A stretch of DNA of 64,000 bases, from the IMG/VR virus record IMGVR_UViG_3300047558_000238, positions 32,001-96,000 of that record. One strand, written 5' to 3'. How positions within the stretch are numbered: position 1 is the first letter of the stretch; each line of letters starts with the position of its first letter. The translations under genes were made by a program, and so were the position numbers. The notes under the pieces are model-generated. The model saw only the letters and a list, made by a program, of their open reading frames with translations, did not search any database and was not told the origin of the DNA. This stretch comes from a virus. Shown here piece after piece: positions 38,290 through 49,821 of the stretch.

Positions 38290-39153
38290 CTACTCTTCTT
38301 TCTGAGGCTCTTCGTTCTCTGCATCTAGCTCTCGCTCATCGATCGAGCTCATGCCGAATCTTGGCGGGAAGAACGGGAAGAACGGGAAGAACGGTGGGAA
38401 GAACGGGAAGAACGGTGGGAAGAACGGGAAGAACGGGAAGAACGGTGGGAAGAACGGGAAGAACGGTGGGAAGAACGGGAAGAACGGTGGGAAGAACGGG
38501 AAGTACGGGAAGTACGGGAAGTATGGCGGGAAGAACGGAGGCGTAGTATTCTGAGTAGAATACGCTGACCACAGCGATGTTCCATTAATATTTACTGCTC
38601 TAACTCGGTACTGCTGTGAAGTAGCAGCTTCCTGAGCTACGTTGGCTGCCGTACTTACGGTGTTGCCAGACTTAGCATCAGTACTCTCCCAGTAGTAGAG
38701 AGTTATGTTGCTGCCACCGTTATTTGGGGCGGTCCAAGAGACATAGTCTGTTTGGTCATTAGAGAAGTTTTGAACTACTGGAGCAGCAGGGGCATCCGGG
38801 ACAGTTGTAATCGTTACCGCAGCAGACTCGGTAGAGAAAGCAGAAGCACCACTTGCATTTGAGGCAGATACTGTAAAAGTATATGACCCGTTGGAGTCTA
38901 GACCGCCTACGGTTATCGGTGATGCTGTTCCAGTTGTCCCGGTTGCAGTAGTATCTTCTATGCCAGATTTGTATGCTTTTACAGTATATGAAGTTGCTGG
39001 TGGCGACCCGGCTGGTAGGGTAAACGATACAGACGCAGCGCCGTCGTTGTATGCTCTGTCGGTTGCAACGTTAGTTGCAGACACATTTGTAGGAACAGAA
39101 GGCTGTAAAAAATCATTCTGTTGCTGAGAGTGTCTACCTGCTCTTTTTGACAT
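38290..39153 (-). CDS. FN3-domain putative fibre-tip protein with C-terminal Pro/Phe repeat and acidic tail
   Basis: Two FN3-like domains ('YTFTVSASN', 'VPDAP..VSWTAP..YRVRAVN'), then 62 aa of P(P)FF, then GMSSIDERELDAENEEPQKEE. Confidence 0.8.
   Translation of the reverse strand: MSKRAGRHSQQQNDFLQPSVPTNVSATNVATDRAYNDGAASVSFTLPAGSPPATSYTVKAYKSGIEDTTATGTTGTASPITVGGLDSNGSYTFTVSASNASGASAFSTESAAVTITTVPDAPAAPVVQNFSNDQTDYVSWTAPNNGGSNITLYYWESTDAKSGNTVSTAANVAQEAATSQQYRVRAVNINGTSLWSAYSTQNTTPPFFPPYFPYFPYFPFFPPFFPFFPPFFPFFPPFFPFFPFFPPFFPFFPPFFPFFPFFPPRFGMSSIDERELDAENEEPQKEE
38356..38541 (-). repeat. Coding tandem repeat of 9-bp and 12-bp units (PFF/PPFF), 18 units
   Basis: CCGTTCTTC and CCACCGTTCTTC units; PYF, PPYF and PPRF variants at the ends. 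Confidence 0.95.
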
Positions 39154-39171
39154 AAAATCTAGTTCTCCCTA

Positions 39172-41793
39172 CTAGGCGGACAGGTCTCCATAGACTAACC
39201 AAGTATTTGCTGCACGCTTTAATAGTGTAGCAGATGACCACTGAGTTCTTAGCTTAAGCCCTGGAGTTGCATTTACTGTTACTCCTCCAGCTCCAGCAAT
39301 AGTTACCTGTCCAGCTCCAGTCTGGATGATATCTAACGTGGTACCTACGGGGTAGTTTATGGTTGCATCTGTTGGAATTGTTAGAGTTGTAGCCGATGCG
39401 CTTCCAATCTCAACGATAGTGTCTCGCTCATCTAGGCTTGCTAGCGTGTATGATGCGGTCTTCTGAGAGATCGTCGTAATAGATGGCACTCCGACCTTTG
39501 TCTGAGTCCCGTCTGAGAACGCTACTCCACTAGAAGATACTGTAACTAGTCCAGTAAACGTAGGAGCTGCTATCGGCGCGTACGTACTTGCAGCGGTAGA
39601 GGTTCCAAGCTTGGCGTCTAGCTGGCTCTGAATCCCTGATGTTACTCCATCTAGGTACTGTAGTTCTGTATTAGATACGTTTCCGATTACTGCAGACGAC
39701 GCCTCGAATGCTCCGACGGCAAGTGCATCTAGCGATCCCTGAGTGAAGTTGATAGTAGTAGTAGGCTCGTCGGTTACACCTTTAAATAGCTTCCATTTAG
39801 CGTCCGATGAGTCTCTAACAAGTCCGGCATGCTGGTAAGTTCCGTCATTAAAGCTAGCAACCATACCAAGGTCTGATGAGTTAGCATTATTGCCTTCACC
39901 AATATAGATTAGCGGGTCAGTAATGGCTAAGTCAGTTGCATTTACTGTCGTAGTAGTTCCGTTGACGGTGAAGTCTCCTGAAATTACTAGGTTACCGCCA
40001 ATGTATGCGCTATCTCCTGTGCCTAGTCCACCAGCAATTACCAAAGCTCCGGTAGTTGTGCTAGTAGATGGTGTCGTAGCTGAGATAGCAACATTTCCTG
40101 TGAAGGTGTCTCCAGAGAGATCTGCTTTTCCATCTAGCTGAGTCTGGATAGCTGAAGTAACGCCATCTAGATAGCCAACCTCGGTAGCACTTACGGTGCC
40201 GATAGATGTTGTAGAAGGTAGCGTAACTGTTCCAGTGAAAGTTGGTCCAGCTAGGTCAGCCTTTAGGTCTAAAGCGCTCTGAGTTGCAGTTGATATTGGC
40301 TTACTAGCGTCAGAAGTATTGTCTACATCTCCTAAACCAACCATGGCCTTAGTTATGCCAGAAACTATCCCGGTAAAGGTTGGGTTGGCGATTGGTGCCT
40401 TAGAGTCTATCTGAGATTGAATAGCTGAAGTAACGCCAGAGAGCTGGTTGATTTCTGAGGCTAGAACGGTCACACCATCTAGGGTGTTTAGCTCTGCAGT
40501 GCTTACAGTTGCTCCAGTAAGAATGTTAAGTTCTGCGGTGCTAGCTGTAATTCCAGTAAGAACATTAATCTGGGCGCTAGTTGCTGTCACTCCTGTAAGG
40601 ATATTTAGCTCTGCAGTACTTGATGTCATACCGTGCAGAATGTTCAACTCTGTGGTAGTTGCCGTAATTCCAGTTAGCGTATTTATCTCTGCCGTAGTGG
40701 CTGTAACTCCATCAAGAAGGTTTAGCTCTGCGGTGCTAGCAGTAATCCCGGTAAGAGTATTTAGCTGTGCAGTAGTTGCTGTGATTCCAGTCAGAACATT
40801 CAGCTCTGCAGTGCTTGAAGTGATACCATCCAGGATCGCTAACTCCACTGGAGAGATAGTGCCGATAGTAGTATCAGCCGGAAGTACTACAGTACCTGTG
40901 AAAGTTGGGCTAGTCAGGTATGCAAGATTTCCAGTGTCCGAGATTCCGTGAACATTCGAGATTTGGCTGTTGTGCACAGTGATTGCATTAGATACGTCGA
41001 CTTGATACGCCAAGTTGGCTGCATTAGAGATTCCGTGCACATCTGTTGTGCGGTTGTGAACTATGATTTCATCGTCCACGTAGCCCTTAGTGGCCGCATG
41101 CAGAGGGTTTACGGGGGCACTAGGGAGTGTTAGTGCTCCAGTCATGGTGTCACCAGACTTTGACACCTTAGTACCGATTGAGTTCGTTATCGTAGTAGCA
41201 AAATTAGCATCATCATTTATTGCAGCAGATAGCTCATTGAGTGTGTCAAGCAGAGCTGGTGAGCCATCGATAACTGCACTAACTGCAGTATCTACATACC
41301 CCTTAGTTGCTGCATCAGTCGAACTTGCTGGTGCTGCTAACCCTGTAACTGTGTAGTTATTAGCGTCTAGGTTGGAGCCTAAAGAGGTGAAAGGTCCGAT
41401 AACCTTATTTCTAATAGTCTGATAGTCAGTTGTACCGACCACATCACCAGCAACGCCGTGAACATCGTGAGTTGCCGATGCGTGAGTGCTTAGGTTAGTT
41501 GCTACGGTTGTGAAAAATGCTGGATCATCGCCAAGAGCCGCTGCTAGCTCATTTAGGGTATCCAATGTCGATGGAGCTAGATCAATGATGCCATTGACAG
41601 CAGTGTCAATCATCCCCTGAACTGTTGCTGGAGATGCTGTAGCGTAGGCCAAAGCACTCCAAGTACTAGTGCCATCACCAAACTTAATGCTCAGTGTATC
41701 GGTCTCTAGCCCAACCTCGCCGCTGGAGAGTACTGGATTAAACGATGACCAGTTAGCTGCTGTGTCGTGTCTGAGGATGATTTTAACTGCCAT
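39172..41793 (-). CDS. Long fibre protein with Mtd_N-like N-terminus and C-terminal beta domain
   Basis: 'LRHDTAANW..NPVL..GEVGLETDT'; 'APSTLDTLNELAAAL.DD' x2; 13-aa repeats; C-terminus paralogous to 23998-24714. Confidence 0.8.
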   Translation of the reverse strand: MAVKIILRHDTAANWSSFNPVLSSGEVGLETDTLSIKFGDGTSTWSALAYATASPATVQGMIDTAVNGIIDLAPSTLDTLNELAAALGDDPAFFTTVATNLSTHASATHDVHGVAGDVVGTTDYQTIRNKVIGPFTSLGSNLDANNYTVTGLAAPASSTDAATKGYVDTAVSAVIDGSPALLDTLNELSAAINDDANFATTITNSIGTKVSKSGDTMTGALTLPSAPVNPLHAATKGYVDDEIIVHNRTTDVHGISNAANLAYQVDVSNAITVHNSQISNVHGISDTGNLAYLTSPTFTGTVVLPADTTIGTISPVELAILDGITSSTAELNVLTGITATTAQLNTLTGITASTAELNLLDGVTATTAEINTLTGITATTTELNILHGMTSSTAELNILTGVTATSAQINVLTGITASTAELNILTGATVSTAELNTLDGVTVLASEINQLSGVTSAIQSQIDSKAPIANPTFTGIVSGITKAMVGLGDVDNTSDASKPISTATQSALDLKADLAGPTFTGTVTLPSTTSIGTVSATEVGYLDGVTSAIQTQLDGKADLSGDTFTGNVAISATTPSTSTTTGALVIAGGLGTGDSAYIGGNLVISGDFTVNGTTTTVNATDLAITDPLIYIGEGNNANSSDLGMVASFNDGTYQHAGLVRDSSDAKWKLFKGVTDEPTTTINFTQGSLDALAVGAFEASSAVIGNVSNTELQYLDGVTSGIQSQLDAKLGTSTAASTYAPIAAPTFTGLVTVSSSGVAFSDGTQTKVGVPSITTISQKTASYTLASLDERDTIVEIGSASATTLTIPTDATINYPVGTTLDIIQTGAGQVTIAGAGGVTVNATPGLKLRTQWSSATLLKRAANTWLVYGDLSA
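40425..40845 (-). repeat. 13-aa repeat tract (consensus LNILTGITATTAE), about 10 copies
   Basis: Read from the translation; degenerate at DNA level. Confidence 0.85.
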
Positions 41794-41795
41794 GA

Positions 41796-42140
41796 TTATC
41801 CGTTCGCGCCTCCACCATTTACGGTGACTAGGTAAGTAGAGCCAGCTGTTCCGCCGTCTAGTACGTCATAGTTTGTTCCAGTCAGCACATTTGTGTCGAC
41901 ATTTACCCACTTTGATGCGGTTGAGTTGTAGATCAGTACTTGATTATTGGCAAGATTAGTTAGCTCCACATCTGAAAGGCCAGAAATGGCGCTAACTGAG
42001 CTGCCTGTTAGCCAAGACACGCCATTATGAGCGTAGATCTTTGACTCGTCTGTCTTATAGAACAAATCTCCAGCAGAACCTGCCGAAGGGAGGGTATTGC
42101 CCTTCGGTAGGTTTACTGGCGTTAAAAACTTCTTAGACAT
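41796..42140 (-). CDS. Small fibre-associated structural protein
   Basis: 'LSDV.L..L.N.QVL.YNS...KW.N' motif also found in the large collagen. Confidence 0.6.
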   Translation of the reverse strand: MSKKFLTPVNLPKGNTLPSAGSAGDLFYKTDESKIYAHNGVSWLTGSSVSAISGLSDVELTNLANNQVLIYNSTASKWVNVDTNVLTGTNYDVLDGGTAGSTYLVTVNGGGANG

Positions 42141-42160
42141 GTTCTATACCCTTAGTCTGA

Positions 42161-44101
42161 TTAGCCGATTACAACTACTTGGTAGCTGTCCGAAGCTATA
42201 GTTGCAGAAGCTACCCATGACAATGTTACTTCATTGGTGTTAGTTCTAACAACATCTACTTCAACCTGTTCAAAGGTGTCTAGAGCGTAGACCTGAACAA
42301 CAACTGTACGGATTCCTAGGTTGTGAGCCACTGTCCAAGTAACTGAACCGCTAACTGGTGCCAGCTCAGGGTTGGCTGCGGTGTACTTAGTTGTTGCACC
42401 AAGATTTGCGCGGGCTCCTGCAGCAGTCTCTGCTCCAGTACCACCAGCTGTAACAGCAATGGTGGTTGCGTCCCAAGTACCTGTTGTAATGGTACCGAGG
42501 GTGGTGATAGAGGTTTGACCTGCGTATGTCGAAGCAATATCGATGCTGTCAGCATTTACAGTAACTCGATCTGCGGTTCCAACTACATCTAGAGTATTAC
42601 CAGTTTTAGTAAGACCAGCTCCAGCAGTAATCTGAGCAGCACCAGAGAACTGTACCCAGTCCTGGTTTGTGAAGTCAGTTAGGTAGTGGTTAGCCTGAGT
42701 CCAAGCAGACTGCCCGTATACGGTGCCTTCCTGGATAAATACAGTTGCATTTACTAGTTCTGTATAGACATCTGCATCAGTTGCGCGAGACAAGGTGTAT
42801 GTGGTGCCATTGTCAGCATAGACATAGATACCATTCTCCGAGTCAGTTGACTGGCCAGCTAGCAAAATTCGGTAGCCAACGTGTGAAGTACCTAAAGCTG
42901 CATGGCTGTCGATAACTAGAGTGCTAGTGTCACCAGTCAGTGCAACATTGCTCACTGCAAGAAGGTTTACAGATGCCTTCCAGGTTAGACCTGCAACTGC
43001 GTTGTCTACATACGCCTTGTTGGCTGCATCACCTGGGTTAACAGGAGTTGCAACGCTAGTGATCTTGTAGCCGTCAGCATCTAGGTCTGCACCCAGTGAA
43101 GTTCCAGTACTTAGAACCTTGTTAGTTAGGGTCTGGGCCTCGGTAGTGCCGACAATCTCGCCGACACCGTGGGTGGATATGTCTGAAGCGTGAGTTGATA
43201 GTTCAGTATCTACATAACCCTTAGTTGCAGCGTCGCTAGCGTTTACGGGGGTGCCTAGGTCGGTTACAGTGTTTCCGTTAGCATCAACGGTAGCGCTAAG
43301 AACTGTTCCGGAACCTAGAGTCTTATTGGTCAGGCTCTGAGCATCAGTATCGCCAACTACATTTCCAACAACTCCGTGAACTCCAGAAGTTGCATTATTG
43401 TGGGTAGTTACAGCTATAGATGCAGCATCAGTTGCATAAGTCTTTGAAGCAACTGGGCTAGTCTCTCCAGTAAGAACTCTTAGCTGGCTGCTAGAACCAG
43501 AAGTGTCAATAGATGTTCCATCTACCTTCACCTCTACGTATCCGTTTACACCATTTACTCCAACAGCACCGTAAGTAGATGAGTATTTAAGGCTTACGGC
43601 TCCGGTAGTGTCGTTGTATGCCAGACCCTCGCCTAGCGCGTTACCAACTGCATCCTGAGCACGCTCATCGGTGAAGTAGAGGTTAGTCGTGCCTTCAGCA
43701 AGGTCATCAGTCGTGGAATCTGCTACACCGTTTTCAGCCTCGAAGGTGAACTTATTGTTAGCATCATCATAAGTAATCGTGATGTTGCTGTGGGTGCCAG
43801 CAGCAATGGCAGCTGCAACGGCATCCTGAGCACGCTCGTCAGTAAAGTATAGATTGCTGCCTTCTTCGATATCTGAAGTAGTCAGTAGGTCAATAGCAGC
43901 TTGGATAGCCTGCTCTACGCTTCCACCCTGAGCTAAGGTTAGCCAGGCAGATCCGTTGTAGTAGCGAAGAGTATTGTCGCTGGTGTTGTAGTAAATCTGA
44001 CCAGCAACCGGTGCTGTTGGTGGGACACTTAGATTCTGAATTCTTGCATTTAAAAGCTCATTCTTGTTTAGATTGAGCCCTGTTAGATACTGGCGAGCCA
44101 T
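42161..44101 (-). CDS. Fibre/structural protein
   Basis: 'EG..NLYFTDERAQDAV' x2; 'DAATKGYVD' repeats; 'GAGLTKTGNTL'. Confidence 0.75.
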   Translation of the reverse strand: MARQYLTGLNLNKNELLNARIQNLSVPPTAPVAGQIYYNTSDNTLRYYNGSAWLTLAQGGSVEQAIQAAIDLLTTSDIEEGSNLYFTDERAQDAVAAAIAAGTHSNITITYDDANNKFTFEAENGVADSTTDDLAEGTTNLYFTDERAQDAVGNALGEGLAYNDTTGAVSLKYSSTYGAVGVNGVNGYVEVKVDGTSIDTSGSSSQLRVLTGETSPVASKTYATDAASIAVTTHNNATSGVHGVVGNVVGDTDAQSLTNKTLGSGTVLSATVDANGNTVTDLGTPVNASDAATKGYVDTELSTHASDISTHGVGEIVGTTEAQTLTNKVLSTGTSLGADLDADGYKITSVATPVNPGDAANKAYVDNAVAGLTWKASVNLLAVSNVALTGDTSTLVIDSHAALGTSHVGYRILLAGQSTDSENGIYVYADNGTTYTLSRATDADVYTELVNATVFIQEGTVYGQSAWTQANHYLTDFTNQDWVQFSGAAQITAGAGLTKTGNTLDVVGTADRVTVNADSIDIASTYAGQTSITTLGTITTGTWDATTIAVTAGGTGAETAAGARANLGATTKYTAANPELAPVSGSVTWTVAHNLGIRTVVVQVYALDTFEQVEVDVVRTNTNEVTLSWVASATIASDSYQVVVIG

Positions 44102-44110
44102 TATTATTCC

Positions 44111-44428
44111 TTAGGAGAGATGAGCTTTTCCAGAAATTGCTGAGGAAAAGGTTAGGGTTACGGTTGTTTCATTGGTATGCGTCACTGTGCCTTCTACCTG
44201 AGACCCGCCACTATCAAAAACGGTCACATTAGGGAAGAAATTTAGGTTATGAACGATAGTCCACGTATCTAGTGGCGTAGTTTGCAGGTGGGTGTAGGAC
44301 ACTAGGGGGACAATAGCGTCCGCTTGAACACCGTCTACACCGCCAGGACCCTGAGGGCCAGGAGCCGTGACTACAATCTGGCGAACGTACTTGCCCGTGG
44401 TAATGCTGCTTGGAACATCTCCAGCCAT
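44111..44428 (-). CDS. Small structural protein
   Basis: 'PGPQGP'; 'W.I.HNL..FP.V.V' domain related to the C-terminus of 42161-44101. Confidence 0.6.
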   Translation of the reverse strand: MAGDVPSSITTGKYVRQIVVTAPGPQGPGGVDGVQADAIVPLVSYTHLQTTPLDTWTIVHNLNFFPNVTVFDSGGSQVEGTVTHTNETTVTLTFSSAISGKAHLS

Positions 44429-44787
44429 TATCGCGTTACCTCCGCTCTTACTACAAAGTTGCCATTTAAAAGTTTGTAGACATAGATGTCTGCACTAGGG
44501 CCAACAAGCTCTAAGTCATAAACGTATCTATCCTCAGGGATGGCGGACATAACGTCATCTGGAATGTTCAAAACTATTTGACCATTAGTTGCGCCCAAAG
44601 TTATGCGACCATTTTCAGTTGTTAGCTCTAAAATTAGATCAAAAGTTTTAGGATTTCTGACCTTCATTCTTGCTGTATACCCCTCCAAAAGAATTGGTTT
44701 CTTCGCAGGGTCTCGCCACAAAATGGTGCGTGAAAAAGTGGAGCCTTGGTCGGCTACGATATTATAAAGACCAGCGGGAGCACTCAT
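44428..44787 (-). CDS. Putative fibre anchor/adaptor, paralog of 30623-30982
   Basis: 'YNIVADQGSTF...LEGYTARMKVR...YVYDLEL...GNFVVRAEVT'. Confidence 0.65.
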   Translation of the reverse strand: MSAPAGLYNIVADQGSTFSRTILWRDPAKKPILLEGYTARMKVRNPKTFDLILELTTENGRITLGATNGQIVLNIPDDVMSAIPEDRYVYDLELVGPSADIYVYKLLNGNFVVRAEVTR

Positions 44788-44911
44788 CAGACTCTTTCAG
44801 CGAGGATACAGTCAACTATTATTTTACACTAGTTTTGTATTCGGGAGAAGTGGGTGTATTCTATATATTTAGGGCTAAATACGCAGTCGCAGCCTAGATA
44901 TCGAGGTCACT

Positions 44912-45139
44912 ATGAGTGAGATGAGCACTTTAGAGCAGATTCAGCTAGATCCGGTCATCGGTGAGCCAAAATTTGCTCACTACGCTGAAGCAGTGTCTAC
45001 TACTCAAGGGTATGTGCTGGGAACCCCCGTCGAAGCTCTATGCGGTAAAGTTTTTGTTCCTTCTAGGGACCCTAAAAAGTTTCCGGTTTGCCCGATTTGC
45101 AAAGAGATAGCAGAAGCGGTATTCTTAGATTTAGAGTAA
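44912..45139 (+). CDS. DUF3039 family protein
   Basis: 'FAHY...GTPVEALCGK.FVPSRDP.KFPVCP.CKEI'. Confidence 0.85.
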   Translation: MSEMSTLEQIQLDPVIGEPKFAHYAEAVSTTQGYVLGTPVEALCGKVFVPSRDPKKFPVCPICKEIAEAVFLDLE

Positions 45140-45252
45140 AAATCAGCGATTGATTTTTGTTTTATACTAGTTATCCAACCCATCCTGACGTTGGCCAAGT
45201 GGCTAGAAAAACGTCAGGATTTTGCGTCTCTTACCTCGAAAGGTACCTTCAA

Positions 45253-45477
45253 ATGGTTACTGTGTACACCTTGCCGTCATGCGTCCAGTGCGAGAGCACT
45301 AAGAAGTATTTAGCAAGACTTGATGTACCGTTCGAGACCATTGATTTGAGCGAAGACGCTGAGGCTATGGACATGATTAAGGGCTTGGGCTATCAGGCTG
45401 CACCTGTTGTTGTAGCTGGTGATTCTCACTGGAGTGGTTTCCGTCCAGACAAGCTAAGCAGCCTAGCTGGCAACTAG
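45253..45477 (+). CDS. nrdH: Glutaredoxin-like NrdH
   Basis: 'VTVYTLPSCVQC', 'GYQAAPVV', 'WSGFRPDK'. Confidence 0.95.
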   Translation: MVTVYTLPSCVQCESTKKYLARLDVPFETIDLSEDAEAMDMIKGLGYQAAPVVVAGDSHWSGFRPDKLSSLAGN

Positions 45478-45878
45478 TAGGCGAGTCGTGTGTACGACCT
45501 TGTCTACTTTTCAAATGTATCTAACAACACAAAAAAGTTTGTAGATAAGCTCGGTCTTAATACACTACGACTTCCTATCCGTTGGGACGAGAGCTCTCCA
45601 GTAGTAGTCAGCAGTGACTTTGTTTTAGTTGTTCCGTCATATGGCGGTGGCGCTGAGAGCCGAACTGTTCCAAAATCTGTAATTAAATTTCTCAATATCG
45701 AGACTAATAGGCAGCACCTTCGTGGAGTTGTGGGTACCGGAAATACTAATTTTGGTGTACACTACTGTAAAGCCGCGGAGATCGTTGCAGCAAAACTAGG
45801 CGTGCCTTTGCTGTATCGAGTAGAAATAACCGGCACACCTGATGATGTAGAACAAGTAAAAGAGAGGTTAGAGCTACT

Positions 45879-48961
<3,083 letters not shown>

Positions 48962-48966
48962 TTCCT

Positions 48967-49003
48967 AAAAGAAAGCCCCTCCTTCGGGAGGGGTTTTCTA
49001 TTT
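48967..49003 (+). terminator. Intrinsic terminator (possibly bidirectional)
   Basis: AAAGCCCCTCC-TTCG-GGAGGGGTTTT. Confidence 0.85.
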
Positions 49004-49017
49004 GGTAAACTTTTCTT

Positions 49018-49821
49018 ATGACTATTGCTCATGTATTTTGGCACGGTGAGTTGACTCGCTATGAGCTAATATCTCTGCAGTCGATAGTTAATCAAGGTTT
49101 TGACGTGTGGTTCTGGTCTTTATCGGACTATGACCTACCTAAATTAGTACGTCATATGGATGCATCTTTGGTGGTCCCAGCAGAATTAGTTACCGCTTAC
49201 AGACACGAGCACTGGAATAAAGAGTGGGGAGCAGCAACCGAGCTTACCAGTATCACTCTATATAGTGACATTCTTAGATACAAACTTTTAGAGCTTTACG
49301 GCGGGTGGTGGTTTGATTTAGATACTATCTGCCTGAAGAGTGCATCTAAGTTTGATGAGCTGTCCTCTGGTCTTGATATTTGTATTGGGTGGCAGAGCCC
49401 TGCTCCTGGAGAACTTAGCTGTAACAACGCTGTGCTATCTATCCCGAATAAGTCAATTGCCTATGAAGTAAACGAGATTGTAGCTCAATTGCTCGAAACT
49501 AAAACTACATTCTCATGGGGCGAGATTGGTCCAGACCTTTGGTCTAAGTATTTAGAGGAAGCTAGACTACTAGACCAGGTTCTGCCTAGAACTGTTTTCT
49601 ATCCGAATTCTACTGAACCTAATGTTCAAAATATTTGGAAACGCTTGTCTAAGCTCTCAGCCGGTGAGGTGGAAGATTTAGAAGCCGAGACAGCGGACTC
49701 GTATGTACTGCATTGGTCAAATAACAATCTTTTACCTAGCGACAAAAAGAGTTTTCTACCTTCAGAAGACTCTTTTCTAGGTAGATTATTTAACTCTGTT
49801 ACTCGTCAAGTAGTCGAGTAA
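49018..49821 (+). CDS. Glycosyltransferase (GT32/DxD type)
   Basis: 'SDILRY.LL..YGGWWFDLD.ICLK', 'NNAVL', 'WGEIGP', 'LHW'. Confidence 0.85.
   Translation: MTIAHVFWHGELTRYELISLQSIVNQGFDVWFWSLSDYDLPKLVRHMDASLVVPAELVTAYRHEHWNKEWGAATELTSITLYSDILRYKLLELYGGWWFDLDTICLKSASKFDELSSGLDICIGWQSPAPGELSCNNAVLSIPNKSIAYEVNEIVAQLLETKTTFSWGEIGPDLWSKYLEEARLLDQVLPRTVFYPNSTEPNVQNIWKRLSKLSAGEVEDLEAETADSYVLHWSNNNLLPSDKKSFLPSEDSFLGRLFNSVTRQVVE

Noticed and set aside
38336-38585. Alternative-frame ORFs over the PPFF repeat (GKN-, VLP-, RSS- and GRT-repeat peptides)
   Set aside because: Stop-free shadows of a 3n repeat; only the PPFF frame continues the FN3 protein.
39172-39500. Diversity-generating retroelement (prompted by the Mtd-like N-terminus and paralogous C-termini)
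   Set aside because: No reverse transcriptase in the window, and the paralogs differ broadly rather than only at adenines.
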